Positions 13,561-26,956 of a DNA stretch of 64,000 nucleotides are shown piece by piece (position 1 is the first letter of the stretch; every line of letters starts with the position of its first letter). Position numbers and translations under genes: made by a program. The DNA comes from Octopus vulgaris. Taxonomy: Eukaryota. The notes below the pieces were generated by a model. It saw only the letters and a list, made by a program, of their open reading frames with translations. It ran no database searches and had not been told where the DNA came from. The stretch spans positions 45,446,001 through 45,510,000 of the forward strand of contig OX597833.1 in NCBI GenBank assembly GCA_951406725.2, read 5' to 3'.

Positions 13561-14102
13561 GAATCTTGCTAAATTTCTTCCAACAAAACTTGGAGTATAT
13601 TTCAAATTTTCATCTGAATATTTTCAAAAAGTAAAGTTTTGATATGGTTTTGCTTGCTGGTGACGAAAATCACACTGACTTTTCCCTAAGAAATTAGTAA
13701 GAAAGAAATTACAGTTATTTAAAGTTATGTCATTTTCAAAATGCCTCCATTACCTACATAGTGGAAGTCGCAACTGTTTTCTTTCATTGTGCTATTTCAT
13801 TTAAATTGTTTTTAAAAAAGCATAAAATTCTTTTCAGAAAACTTCTTTCATAAACAACTATAAACAGGAGTTGCCATGACAACAAATAGTTGAAACTTCC
13901 ACTATGTGGGCAATGGAGGCATTCGATTGCCAAAAATTACATAACTTTAAATGCTTGTAACTTCTCTATTATTGAACTGTAGAGGAACAGGAATGTGATT
14001 TACATTACCAGCATGCAAAAATACATCATTGTAGAAAATTTGAAAACAATCAAGGGAAAATTTGAAATATTCCAAGATGTTGAAAGAAAATTAACAAGAT
14101 CC
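13561..14102. mobile_element. Old fold-back MITE (~540 bp) with gaatc.../...gatcc termini
   Basis: Diverged inverted arms: gaatcttgctaaatttcttccaaca vs tgttgaaagaaaattaacaagatcc, and aatgcctccattacctacatagtggaagt vs acttccactatgtgggcaatggaggcatt. Confidence 0.65.
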
Positions 14103-14251
14103 ACGAGGAAAACAAACTAAGGAAGGTTAATGATACCTTCCATATTAAATGCTTATTTTTACTTAATTGATTATTGCAAGTTTTTAAAATGATCCGTGAT
14201 CTGAACGTTACTTTCTCAAAGTTAAATTGTCAAATTTTAATTTATTATAAA

Positions 14252-14613
14252 CTAGCACCATGACCCGGCGTTGCCGGGTCATAGAGCTAATGCACGCATA
14301 TACAGCTGCGTGCGTGCGCGCATACACGCGAGTACTGTCCAAATCACCGACCAATTACATACAGCTAGCTGACATCCACTTGACGTATCACGTTTCGGGC
14401 ATTTTGATTGGGTTTTGGATAGAAAATTCACAAAAAAGTCACTTCTATTGATTTTTTAATGGCTTTTCAGGGTGACTGGGGAAATGTAAAGACGTGCACG
14501 ACCACCCTTGGACGGTTTTGAATGACCATAGAAAGTGCGAGCCCTCTAACTGAAAAATTGTTGATTTGTATAAAGGACACGCACAGACATTTTGTCGTTT
14601 ATATATAGAGAGA
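14252..14613 (-). mobile_element. Non-autonomous Helitron
   Basis: Minus strand starts TC(tctctatatataaacg), has subterminal hairpin gacccggc-aac-gccgggtc, and ends CTAG, inserted between A and T. Confidence 0.8.
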
Positions 14614-15229
14614 TTATAATACCACGAATGTAAATTTTGAAAACAAAATTGTGAATGTCGTTTAGTGTCTATAACAGGGGTCCCAAACTTTACGCTCATT
14701 TACCCCCAGCAACTATGTAATCGACTTAATCCCTTTGTCTGTCCTTGTTTGGCCCCTCTATGCTTAGCCCCTTGTGGGCAATAAAGAAATAAGAATACTT
14801 AGTTATTCAAAAAAATTGAGCTAAAGTCTTCAAAGTGGCGATTGAAGCAAATAAAAATTAAAATATTATGGTTCTTAGAGCTGTCTACACGCAATAAATC
14901 ACTCCACAAGGAGATTGCTGTAACAGTTTTTTGATTGGATGCTAGGTCATAGGTGTTGAAACCCGAAAGCAGTTAACCACCACCAGAAACTTCCTCATCA
15001 AGAAATACAGACCGCATAGACTGCCGCTCTCTTCTTTCAAACTATATCACTGGCACTTGGTTACGACGATGAGGGTTCCAGTTGATCCAATCAACAGAAC
15101 AGACTACTCGTGAAATTAACATGCAAATGGCTTAGCATTCCACAAACAGGCGTACCTTTAACGTAGTTCTCAGGGAGATTCAGCGTGATACAGAATGTGA
15201 CAAGGTTGGCTCTTTGAATTACAGGTGCT

Positions 15230-15616
15230 ATTCTAACCCTAACCCTAAAACCCTAGCCCCAACTCTAAAACCCTAAAACCCTAACCCCAAAACCCTTACC
15301 CTAAAACCTTAAAGCTAAAACCAGTACAAACGCACAAACGATGTCATAAATAACAGTGACAAACAAAATATACCTCGCTGGAAGTTGTTGTTGACAAACA
15401 ACAGCAGTAATTTTATTCAACTGAATACACGTCATTGATTGGTTGAAATTACCGAAATACGACAACTTTAACAAAAAATAACTTCCAAAATACAGAATTT
15501 TCTCAACAACGCCAAGAGTAAAATATGTATTATTTGACACATTCTACCAGTATACGAAGTTTGAAAGTGTTACAAAGAATTATTTTTTAAATCTGTCGGT
15601 CGAAAGGTAAAGATCC
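15230..15616. mobile_element. Partial GGATC-family MITE with degenerate (CCCTAA)n tract, interrupting a SINE
   Basis: ccctaa-like repeats at 15233-15310, body homologous to 9586-10015, ends ggtaaagatcc. A similar partial copy is at ~20450-20746. Confidence 0.65.
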
Positions 15617-15973
15617 CTCATTTTTGCCGGCTGAGTGGACTGAAGCAACGTGAAAAAAAAAAAGTGTCTTGTTCAAGGACACAACGCGCCGCCGGTTTTC
15701 GAACACACAACCTTACGATCGGGAGCTGAATACCCTAACCACTAAACCACGCGCCTTTACTCTTTCAAGCTAGGGTGAAGGCATCGTCTCTCAGAACGTC
15801 GTGAGATAGGCTGATTGACATTGCTGGCTGTTCTTTGCAGCAACACATTCGATATCTTATTCGCAAGGCATAGAATAGACGAAATTATTCAACAGAAAAT
15901 CTAAAATTTTCTTTGAAATTACCCAGCACCTTTGATTAAATTGCCTATGTTCACAATCTACCTTTTTTTTTAG

Positions 15974-16162
15974 TATCTATACACGGAAGCTGGTCAAACT
16001 GGAGTGCGTTTGGTAGTTGTAACGCTCGAAGATGCAGTGGTATCCGCGGCTTTAAAACTCGCCATCGAACATGCACAAAACCTAAACCACGTCATTACGG
16101 CCGTCAATGTCGTGGTCGATCGATAGAGAAACGTGAATGTTATAACAATATCGACTGTCCAG
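15974..16162 (+). CDS. TSR protein exon (TSR 4); absent from the ORF track
   Basis: tttttag|TA...CCAG|gtaag; 189 nt, phase 1-1; VSIHGSWSNWSAFGSCNARRCSGIRGFKTRHRTCTKPKPRHYGRQCRGRSIEKRECYNNIDCP. Confidence 0.92.
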
Positions 16163-16902
16163 GTAAGTCAGTCTGTCTGTGGACTTCCTCCTTTTGATAT
16201 TGCTTTTTTTTTTTTTATCACACAGGCACAAGAATGGCTGTGTGGTAAGTAGCTTGCTTACCAACCACATGGTTCCGGGTTCAGTCCCACTGCGTGGCAC
16301 CTTGGGCAAGTGTCTTCTGCTATAGCCCCGGGCCGATCAATGCCTTGTGAATGGATTTGGTAGACGGAAACTGAAAGAAGCCTGTCGTATATATGTATAT
16401 ATGTATGTATGTGTGTGTATATGTTTGTGTGTCTGTGTTTGTCCCCCTAGCATTGCTTGACAACCGATGCTGGTGTGTTTACGTCCCTGTCACTTAGCGG
16501 TTCGGCAAAATAGACCGATAGAATAAGTACTGGGCTTACAAAGACTAAGTCCCGGGGTCGATTTGCTCGACTAAAGCCGGTGCTCGAGCATGGCTGTAGT
16601 CAAATGACTGAAACTCCTTATGTCAATATTTCATTTTCTTAGGACGGTGAGCTGGCAGAATTGTTAGCACGCCGAGCCTAATGCTTAGCGGCATTTCGTC
16701 GGTCTTTACGTTCTGTGTTCGAATACCGCCGAGATTGACTTTGCATGTCATCCTTTCGACGTCGATAAAATAAATACCAGGTGAACACTGGGGTCAATGT
16801 AATCGACTGGACCACTCCCTCGACCTTGCTGGCTTGTGCCAAAATTCGAAGCTCATATTTCATTTTCTTCCCTACTTTTTTCCTTTCTTTCGTTCTTTCG
16901 TA

Positions 16903-17118
16903 TATACGAGAGGGGTGTTGAAAAGTTCCTTGCTTTGGGTAAAAGAAAATACAGGAGGACCAGTTAATTGTGATATTATCCAACATATTCTCTTCTCAGA
17001 TTCACATAGTATTGCAGCGGTCCTTCAGTTTTTCTAAGCCCTGTAAAGGAACTCGGAAGGTTGGATCTCACACCAGGCCTTTCGCGATACTCTTAAAGCC
17101 AGTTACTTTACAGCACCT

Positions 17119-17123
<5 letters not shown>
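16903..17123. mobile_element. Mariner-type MITE
   Basis: TA-flanked imperfect TIRs: tacgagaggggtgttgaaaagttcc / ttactttacagcacctcctta. Confidence 0.5.
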
Positions 17124-17200
<77 letters not shown>

Positions 17201-19576
17201 GTGTGTGTGTACTCTTGTCTCGACATCATATGGTGGTTGTAAACGAGAATCACCGTTAAACACGTTATGTTGTTCGCTTCCAGTTTTTCATGAAAAACAT
17301 GTCTGACATTTTGGAAAGCTTGTTCTATCTGGAAACAGATGAAGGTTGGCGACAGGAAGGGCACCTGGCCGTAGAAAATCTGCTCTCACAAATTCTGTCT
17401 GGTCCATGAAATCATGGAAAAGTGGACATTAAACGCTGCTGTTGATGCTGCTGATGATGGTTTTAGCTTAGATAAAATTACAACTGGTTGTGATCTTTCA
17501 ATGTGTGACTCATGTGCGTTGCTGTAACCTTATCGCTGATAATGTTCAGTTCCTGGTCTTGAAGCAAGATTAAGATAAATAACATCTGCTTTCATCTGAA
17601 GGAGAGGGAAGATCGTGGTTATGTATTAGAATCATTTGAAACTATTTGATGGAAGAGTTTTACCCAACCCTTAAATATCTTAAAATGACAAAGTTATGAA
17701 CAATTTGAATATGGGGCGATCATGTTTTTGTGCAAAAACATTTTTTCAAAAAAACTGTTAGACACAATGCATAGCTAAATTCCAAGGTTAGTTAAACATC
17801 CTGTTAGTTTGCACCAGCTATAATTACATTTTTTTGCAGACATAGATATCTGCAAGTGGTCCATTATTTATTATAAGGTTTACTGTTTTTAATGACGTGA
17901 ATGCTTTTTTTTTACTTCTAAAGTATTGAGACTTGTGGTTCTTATTCCAAGTTTAAGTTGAAAGCAACCAGGAGTTGAGTACGTAAATTGGTTTCAATTA
18001 TAGGCTGTTGGCAACTTTTGCTGTGATCGACATTGTCTCTCATCCTTTCGGGGTCGATAAAATAAATACCACTTCAGCAGTGGGGCCGATGTAATCGATT
18101 GGCCTCGTCCTTCAAAACTTCAGGCCTTGCGCCTTGAGAATGCGGAAAAGCTCTGGCCTTGTGCACCTGTAGAGTCAAAGTAGATTTTCTTTTTATACAC
18201 GAGAGAGAATGAAAAGAATGAAAGAACAAGAACGAACGAACGAAAGAAAGAAAGAAAGAAATATGAAGGGAAGAAAATGGAATATTGACAAGTTGTTTCT
18301 AATTTCGGATTGTTTGTGAAGCATTCATATTGCGTAACTTTTTCTCTGATTGCTTATCACTTACACTAGATGCTATCTTTTACTTGTTTCAGTCATTTGA
18401 CTGCGGCCATGCTGGGGCGTATATATACTTGCATAAGATATTGGTTTCAAATTTTGGCACAAAGCCAGCAGGTTTGGTGGGAGGGGCCAGGTTGATCACA
18501 TAGACCCTAGTGTTCGACTGGTACTTTATTTCATCGAACTCGAAAGGATGAAAGGTAAAGTTGACCTCGGCGCAATTTGAACTCAGAACGTAAAGATGGA
18601 CGACATGCCTCTGAAAGCATTATATTTTGCCCGGCATGATGATTCTGCCAGTCTGCCGCCTTACACTTGCGTAAAATATTGGTTTCAAATTTTGGCACAA
18701 GGCCAGCAGTTTCGGGTGAGTGGGTAAGTCGATTACATCGACCCTAGTGCTCAACTGGTTTTGTATCGACCCTGAAAGGATGAAAGGCAAAGTCGACCTC
18801 GGCGGAATTTGAACTCGGAACGTAACGGCAGACGAAATACCAATTTCTTTATTACCAACAGGGGGCTACACAAAAAATGGGACAAAACAACTGATTGGGG
18901 TCAGTAACACGTTATGATATATGAATATAAAAATTATATAAAATATATAAGAATCGAATGAAATACACAATACAAATATGAAACAAATGTAGCAATGATC
19001 CGACACCATAAGCCCCGATCTACCGCTGGTACTTCTTAGTCCAAATTCCGCCGAGGTCGACTTTGCCTTTCATCCTTTCGGGGTCGATAAAATTAAGTAC
19101 CAGTTACGCACTGGGGTCGATGTAATCGACTTAATCCCTTTGTCTGTCCTTGTTTGTCCCCTCTATGTTTAGCACCTTGTGGGCAATAAAGAAATAAGAA
19201 TCATTACCGTGTCGGTCAAAAATGCTTAGCGGCATTTCTTCAGATTTCACGTTCTGTGTTCAAATGCCACCGATGTCGACTTGGCCTTTTAACTTTTCGG
19301 GATCGATAAAATAAGAACCAAACGAGTACTGGACTTAACACCCTCCTCGGAATTGCTGGCTTTGTGCCAGAATTTGAAACCAATTTTAAACTCATCTGAT
19401 TTCCATAATCTATAATCACAATTCATTCTATATCAATTAAGGTCGAAATATGTATACGTAGATCTTCAAATATAATTTATGAAACAATTTTAATTTGGAC
19501 ATGTTCGATATCATTGAATATCTAATTTTTTTCTTTCTACATTTTCCTTTTTATATTGCGTATTAAAAAAACAAAG

Positions 19577-19714
19577 TGAATGGAAAATGGTGTCACTGGT
19601 CACAATGGATTCGTTGCACAGCTGCGAAGTGTACTTCACCTTTTGCTACAGAAAGACGAGTGAGAAAGTGTGCATGTCCGAAACCTCAACACAAAGGCGC
19701 TCCATGTCCTGACG
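19577..19714 (+). CDS. TSR protein exon (N-terminal part of TSR 5)
   Basis: aaag|TG...GACG|gtaaac; 138 nt, phase 1-1; VNGKWCHWSQWIRCTAAKCTSPFATERRVRKCACPKPQHKGAPCPD. Confidence 0.88.
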
Positions 19715-21544
19715 GTAAACCATTTAATTCTAATTGCTCCATGGAAATAAGTTCAAATATTTGAGATAGAACAACTGTCATTAGGCGTAGAGAGATAAAT
19801 ATTCGTTCACTAATATGACTCAACCTAATCTATATCTATAAAACAGTCCTTGGACGAAAATTGTATGCACATTTTGCTTTGACGGTTAATGGCGGCCAAA
19901 CCGAGGTTAGGATCGAGCTGAAAATTGGCAGGGATACTAAATGCGTGGTGAGGATGAGACCCGCGATGGTTAAAATTCGCGATAAGTAGTTGTGAAGATA
20001 TTAGGGGTTTGCAGGGTATAAAGACCCCAAACGGTGCATAATAGGAAAAGTTTCCGAAATTAACTTAATCCTGCAAGGGAAGTAACTCTTACTTTTCGAC
20101 TATACAGTGAGTGGACAACGAAAAATGTTTCTATTTTCGCTTTTGTTAAACACAATCTAATCATTTAGTAATATTTTTAAGTGAATGTGGTTTCAAAAAT
20201 ATAAGTTGTTTGTACAATAAGTATTTATATCTTACTTTTCTTTAAACAGACAATATTTCAATGGTTTTAAAAAATTATTTTCAAGTGAATACAATTACAA
20301 AAATTCCTTTTAGCGTAAATATTTCGTAAAAGACCTGTTCGTAACCTCAGCGTGAAATAATTTTTTTCCATAGGGTTTTTCCGAGTGCCTTCAACGTATC
20401 TCACTTCCAAATAATTGGCTGCTATTTCTAGCACACCCGGCTACCACGTGAGTTAGGATTAGGGGTGGGGGAAGGGTATCTTCTTTTCTTCACAAATCTG
20501 TTTCTTAAGCAAGGGACATATTCATACAGCACAGAATGTTGTTTACGTCAATGGAGGTAATCGGTTGGTTAAAATTGCCGAAATGCTCGAAATTTCAGAC
20601 GAAATATCTTACAAACTATAGAATTTTCTCAATAAAGCCAAGAGAAAATGATGTTTTATAAACACATTCTACCAGTATACGAAGTTTAAAGTTTTTTAGT
20701 TACCTAGAAATTATATTACAAAGTGCCGTTCAAAAGGAAAAGATCCGCTATTTGCAATAAAGGACCCGATATACTTGTTATGTAGTAGCAGGGCGTGCAA
20801 GAAATAGCAGTTAAATATTTCCTTTTCTGGGGAAAGGAGCTGTTTACTCGTGGTTTCGAAGCCACATTCGTTGAAAGCATGCAAAATAATCTGGAAAAAG
20901 AAGAAAAAACCCCACGAAACAAAACTCTGTTGCTGGGAAACTCAGACTTTTCCGGTGACCCAACGGGTTACGAGTAGTCTAATGCTAAAATACTTTGGTT
21001 CCTCTCTTGAATTAAATGTACTGCTCACAATATTAATAACAGTGCACTCGCCATTACACAAGCGCACACAGTCAGAGTGCATCCCAACCCAACCAAACAA
21101 CCTACTAACCAACTTCTCAAATACTTATCACATTCATATGCCAACTTCCATATGCGCTCATCTCGTGTGACACTCAACCAAAGTGGATTGGTAGAATCGT
21201 TAAAGCCTTAGACAAACTGTTTTGCAGTTTTTAGTTACAGGTAATGGTAAGCTGCCAAAATATTAACAATCGATTTGCTTGACTGCCAACAGCTTAACTG
21301 ATTACCTGAGTTTCGAATTCTTTAACCTTTTCTCTGTCCTACACGTTTTTATGAGTTTTCCCCAAACGTTCATGCCTGTTTTAAAAGTTTTAGTTTCATT
21401 TCATTATGTTCTAAGCAATATAGAGAATTCCTTTCATAAGCCTCCGGCGGCTGAAAAGAATTGAGAATGTGTATCATACATGAAGGGAAGTATGTACTGG
21501 TTAATCACAGATTCTGTCAAAAAGATTCCATATTTGGCATAAAT

Positions 21545-21885
21545 GCTGTTGAGACCCCCTTCGGTCATGACTGACCGTGGGATTGCACCTAGAAAGTTAC
21601 CCTCCCAGGCACAAGTCCGGGCAAGGTTGTTTATGGAAGACCAGCAGTCGTCCATGCATACCGGCCTTCCCTCTCCACGCCACCAATGTTATCCAAGGGA
21701 AAGGCAAAGGGGCCGATACAGCTTGGCACCAGTGACGTCGCAACTCATTTCTACAGCTGAGTGAACTGGAGCAACGTGAAATAAAGTGTCTTGCTTAAGA
21801 GCACAACACCCAGCCCGGTCCGGGATTCCAACTCACAACCTCACGATCGTAAGCTCGACGCTCTAACCACTGAACCATGCGCCTT
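21545..21885 (-). mobile_element. tRNA-derived SINE, family 4, with 16-bp TSD
   Basis: tRNA-like head on the minus strand; TSD catatttggcataaat on both sides. Homologues at ~29070-29466 and ~60550-60880. Confidence 0.85.
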
Positions 21886-22094
21886 CATATTTGGCATAAA
21901 TATTGCTTCATTAAAATATCTCTTCATTGATGTATTAAAATAGAGGGGTACCGCTTTGAAAACTTTTTAATCGAATGAGTCGACCCCAGTACTTATTTAT
22001 CTTATGCGTGCCACTTATTTCATCGGTTTCTTTCTTTCTATCTATCTATCTATCTATCTATCTATCCATATATATATATATATATATATATATA

Positions 22095-23450
22095 GAAGAG
22101 GTGAAGCAATATCAGAGGAAGGTTAAATGGGAAGATAGTTTTTGAGTGTAGTAAGTGCACAAGTGCAATAAACACCAAAGTCGTGCAGAAAACAGGTTCC
22201 ATCACATGCCAGGGAGAAAAACTACAAGTAGTTGATAGCTTCCGTTACCTAGCTGACCAAGTCCGTAGGAGGATGGATGCGCAGAGAGCGTAGCTGCTAG
22301 AATAAGAATCGGTTAGGCAAAGTTCACAGATCTCCTACTTCTGCTGGTAACAAAGGGCCTCTCGCTTAGAGTGAACGGTAGACTGTATGATGCCTGTGTG
22401 CGAACAGCCATGCTTCACGGCAGTGAAACATGGGCTGTGACTGCTGAGGACATGCGTAGGCTTGAAAGAAATGAAGATAGTATGCTCCGCTGGATGTGTA
22501 ATGTCAGTGTGCATACACGACAGAATGTAAGCGCCCTGAAAGTTAAGTTGGACATAAGAAGCATCACATGTGGTGTATAAGAGAGGCGACTATGCTGGTG
22601 TGGTTATGTGATGCGTATGGATGAAGACAGCTGTATGAAGAAATGTCACACTTGAACAATAGAGGGAACCTATGGAATAGGTAGATCCAGGAAGACATGG
22701 GATGAGGTTGTGAAATACGTCCTTCGAAATTTCTACCCCACAGAGGCAATGACAAGCGACCGAAACCTTAGGAGATATGCCGTACTTGACAAAAGCCGGC
22801 AAGCCAAGTAAGATCGTAGTCGTGGCCGATGCCAGTGTCGCATAGCTAGCCCGTTTAAAAGCACCCTTCAATCGTTGGGTGATATGCTTTGCTTGTGAAG
22901 ACCTGTTGAACCGAGTGAAATCGTAGTCGTGGCGAATGCCAATGCCACCTGACTGGCACCTGTGCGGTGGCACATAAAAAGTACCATTCTAGCGTGACCG
23001 ATGCCAGTGCCGCCTGACTGGCTCCTATGCCAGTAGCACGTAAAAAGTATCCACTACACCAGTGGTTTTCAACCAGGGTTCCGCGGAACCTTAGGGTTCC
23101 GCCAATACAGTCCAAGGGTTCCGCAAGAAGTTACAAAACTGCTAAAATCGGCAGTAATTTTTAATTCTCCTGTGCAGGTATGTGTGCATAAGACTATTAA
23201 ATTATTGCACAGGGGTTCCTCGAGCCAGTGGAATGTTTCCTTGGGGTTCCGCTCCAGCAAAAAGGTTGAAAAGCACTGCACTACACTCTTGGAGTGGTTG
23301 ACGTTAGGAAGGCATCAAGCTGTAGAAACCATGTCAGATCAGATTGGAGTTTGGTGCAGCCTCTCGGCTTGCCAGTTCTCGGTCAAACCATCCAGTCCAT
23401 GCCAGCATGGAAAGCGGATATTAACCGATGATGAGGAAGAGGATGATGAT
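22095..23450 (+). mobile_element. RTE-clade LINE 3' fragment (decayed RT C-terminus, 3' UTR, (gat)n tail)
   Basis: GRLYDACVRTAMLHGSETWAVTAEDMRRLERNEDSMLRWMCNV...RKTWDEVVK is typical of RTE RT C-termini; stops and frameshifts are present. Further 3' ends lie at ~33000-33130(-), 36020-36510(-), 53990-54130(-), 54300-54630(+). Confidence 0.85.
23060..23278. mobile_element. hAT-type MITE nested in the RTE 3' UTR
   Basis: TIRs cagtggttttcaacc / ggttgaaaagcactg; perfect 8-bp TSD cactacac. Confidence 0.9.
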
Positions 23451-23928
23451 CACAGGTGTAAACTGAGTTACGACAGGTGATTAGTTAATATGTCTTTCTG
23501 TGAAAGTAACTCAGATTGCTGACGTAAACTAACTAAAGGTACACTACTTGAGAGGAACTTAAAATAGCAACACGGCTGTGTTCCGACGATTAGCTTAATT
23601 CTTCAAATAAAAGAACATTCAGCATTCTTGAACAATACGTTGCCAGATATTAAAAGTACTGCTCACATTTCAGGAATTGAGTGTCTGCTTTACATATACA
23701 CTTGCACCCAAGCTGACATTCCTATCAAGCATACAAAATAGTTTATAGCACACATGCGCTCACTCGTCGCACGCGCGCACCCGCATGCACACACACACAC
23801 ATTTACATCCATCGTTCAACACAAAAATACAACTTTCTGACTGTTAATAAATGCTTCACCTGTGTAAATAAATACTTTTGTCAAAACTTCTGGCAGTCAC
23901 ACACACACATGCACACACACACACACAT

Positions 23929-23991
<63 letters not shown>

Positions 23992-25222
23992 CACACACAC
24001 ACACACATCCACAGTTCTTTAAGGTGCTCAGCAGGCTTTGGTCTGCCCGGGACTACAGTAGAAGATATGCTTAGAGCTATTTCGTCTGCCGTTACGTTCT
24101 GAGTTCAAATTCCGCCGAGGTCACCTTTGCCCTTCATTCTTTCGGAGTCGATAAATTAAGTACCCGTTACTCACTGGGGTCGATATAATCGACTTAATCC
24201 GTCTATCTGTCCTTGTTTGCCTCTTCTGTGTTTAGCTCCTTGTGGGTAGTAAAGAAATAGAAATAGGTATTTCGTCTGTCTTTATGTTCTGAGTTCAAAT
24301 TTCGCCGAGGTCGACTTGGCCTTTCATCTCCCCCACCCACCAATATCTGCATTTTATATACAGATATACTGACATCAACATACATGCTCACCACACTCGC
24401 ATATGATATTATTATTATTATTTAAAACAGTTTGATTCGGTTTCACAGGACTTAAAGTTTCACAGGCTTCTAGCAAGAACCCGGCTCACGAACTGGATCT
24501 CTGTTAGAAGCCAGCGAAAGTTTAAGTCGCATGGACCTGAATCAATCTGTTTTAAATAATAATGATAATCTTGAGTGCCTTTTCCTTTCGTTTGTCCACT
24601 TACTCGTGTGTTATATTATATGACAGACGTTAAGTATAAGCGGTTGTTGTCGTTGTTGTTTGTTCCTTCTTGAGCCATGCTCACCACACTCGCATATGAG
24701 CCATGCCTGGTTGAGCCTTCTTGAGCCATGCCTGGTTCATAAGGGCCGGTTTCCCGGTTTCATTGGCATAATGGTTCCTCACCCGGACGGGACGCTGGTC
24801 CGTCGCAGGTGAGCTACTAGATGCAGGAGGAAAGAGTGAGAGAAACCTGTAGTGAAGGGGTCAGCAGAAGTTCGCCACTGCCTTCTGCCGGAACCGCGTG
24901 GAGCTTAGGTGTTTCGCTCATAAATACACACATAACTCGATTTGAGATTCGAACCTGCGATCCCTCGACCGCGAGTCCGCTGCTCTAACCACTAAGCCAC
25001 GTGCCTCCACAGTATATGCAGTTGATAATGTTTATTACACTTGTGCTGCTTCTATTTCATATTTGAATTTATTCTGACGTATGCAGTGTCAGGGTACACC
25101 CACACATGGTTTGCACATCATGAGCATACATGTCGTGGACTGCCGATATGATTCATCTCCAATCCTGTTTGGGCACATGCTGTTGACAAGCCACAAAAAT
25201 GGTGAAGCATCAATATATATAT

Positions 25223-25780
25223 ATCTATTATATAAAATCCGTTCTGTTTGTCTGTGTGTGCGTCTTCTAGGATCTCGGGCATCCTCCATCCAATCGCGCT
25301 CAAATTTGATATTTAGATACCGACGGTATCAGGGCGTGTATAAGTCTTGAAAAAATTACAAAAATCGATTCCAGGTGAGAATGCGATCGATAAAGCCGTG
25401 GGAACGTGCATTCGTACGCGCAAGTACATCAGATGTTGCGATCGATACTACGCGCACGCGAGAAAAATGCACGTGCAGTTTGCGCAAAAAAAGCCGGCTG
25501 GCTTGAAATAATGCCACAAAATGCAGTATATTTAAGAGACAAAAAAAGTAAGATGCAAAAGAGATATTTTCTTCAAACTTGGCATGAAGGAAGGAAAGAC
25601 TATCTGGTTTCCCAAGAAGCTTTTTTTTTTTGGCCTTAACTTCTTTTAACAAAACCAAGGTTAAATCAGTGTTTCTCAAAAGGGAGGCCTTTGGGACGGT
25701 CGGACAAGTTGTTTTCAGAAAATTTGGTTTAAATGTTTGACAACTCAGCACCGTCCATTGGACAGGGGGCGTTTTGCTCG
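25223..25780 (+). mobile_element. Helitron-like non-autonomous element
   Basis: Begins a|tctattatataaaa followed by a gtctgtgtgtg tract; ends with ccgtcc-att-ggacagg hairpin and ctcg|t (degenerate CTAG). Confidence 0.55.
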
Positions 25781-25898
25781 TATATATATATATATAATTA
25801 ATAATATCAAAGGGTAATCAAAAATATTTGAAATATTCATTACCAATGGCCTAGCGTGTAAAAACATTTAGTCAATAGACTATATGTTATTCATATAA

Positions 25899-26396
25899 AT
25901 ATAGTGTACATTTAAACACATAAGGGGTATCCATCATAAGATTCCTTACACGCTAGAAAGGACAGTTAAATTCCAAACCACTATTAGGGATAAAGTTTCG
26001 AATGGAATGAAAAATAAAAACATTTACCATCTAACTCTTTCTGGATAATTTTCGAATCGAAAAGCCGGCATTTTATTTACTGCCGACAAGGAGCTGCGCT
26101 TGCGCGGTAGATTTGAAAAATTAGAATGTATAAGCACGGGGCATATACTGGATTGCATCGTGTATATATATTTAATCTAAGGTGTACCTGCTGAAGAAGA
26201 CTTCGCCTAGCAAATTATTTCATTTGCTAAGAAAAGTTTGAAACCATTGGTCCAGGAGTTAGATGGTAAATGTTTTTATTTTTCATTTCCTTCGAAACTT
26301 TATCCCTAATAGTAGTTTGGAATTTAACTGTCCTTTCTAGCGTGGAAGGAATCCTATGATGGATACCTCTTATATGTTTAAATGTACACTGTATAT
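25899..26396. mobile_element. Non-coding fold-back element carrying a hammerhead ribozyme (Penelope-like pLTR relic)
   Basis: ~145-bp inverted arms at 25899-26045 and 26251-26396, in a (TA)n-flanked block. Confidence 0.75.
26175..26264 (+). ncRNA. Type I hammerhead ribozyme, intact core
   Basis: atctaa-ggtgta-cctg CTGAAGA agactt..tagcaaat-tatttc-atttgcta..aagttt GAAA ccattgg TC^ cagg-ag-ttagat. Stem I is bulged, stem II extended and stem III near-palindromic; predicted GUC cleavage after 26252. Confidence 0.82.
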
Positions 26397-26956
26397 ATAT
26401 ATATATTTCGTCTGTTTTTACGTTCTGAGTTCAAATTCCGCCGAGGTTGACTTTGCCTTTCATCCTTTCGGGTCCGATAAATTAAGTACCAGTTACGCAC
26501 TGGGGTCGATGTAATCGACTTAATCCTTTCTGTCCTTGTTTGTCCCCTCTTTGTTTAACTCCTTGTGGGCAATAAAGAAATAAGAAACGATGCGTGGTTG
26601 AGAAACACCCTTTCTGAAGACCGACATGAATATCAGTGGTTCTCAACTGGGGCCCATATAAGATTTTTTTAGGGGGTGGGGGGCTACGCAAGCAAAATAG
26701 TAAATTGGGGACCCACAGTAGAATATTAAGGGTCCATATAAATTGTTTGCTTCAGATGTGTTTATTGAAAGAAACAGTAAGGTTTCTTTCTCTGACGTTT
26801 TATATAGTTCAAATGAATGTGTGATAAACAACAATTTTGAGAGGAATATCAATAAGATAAATTTTTAAACATCGACTGAATAGGGCAGTTATCTCCTCCT
26901 CCTCCTCAAAAATTCTTATTCTGATATGCCAAAATCATAGAATACCACATCTAGAA

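Noticed and set aside
15233-15310. Telomere or chromosome-fusion site
   Set aside because: Short degenerate CCCTAA tract belonging to a MITE family seen several times in the window.
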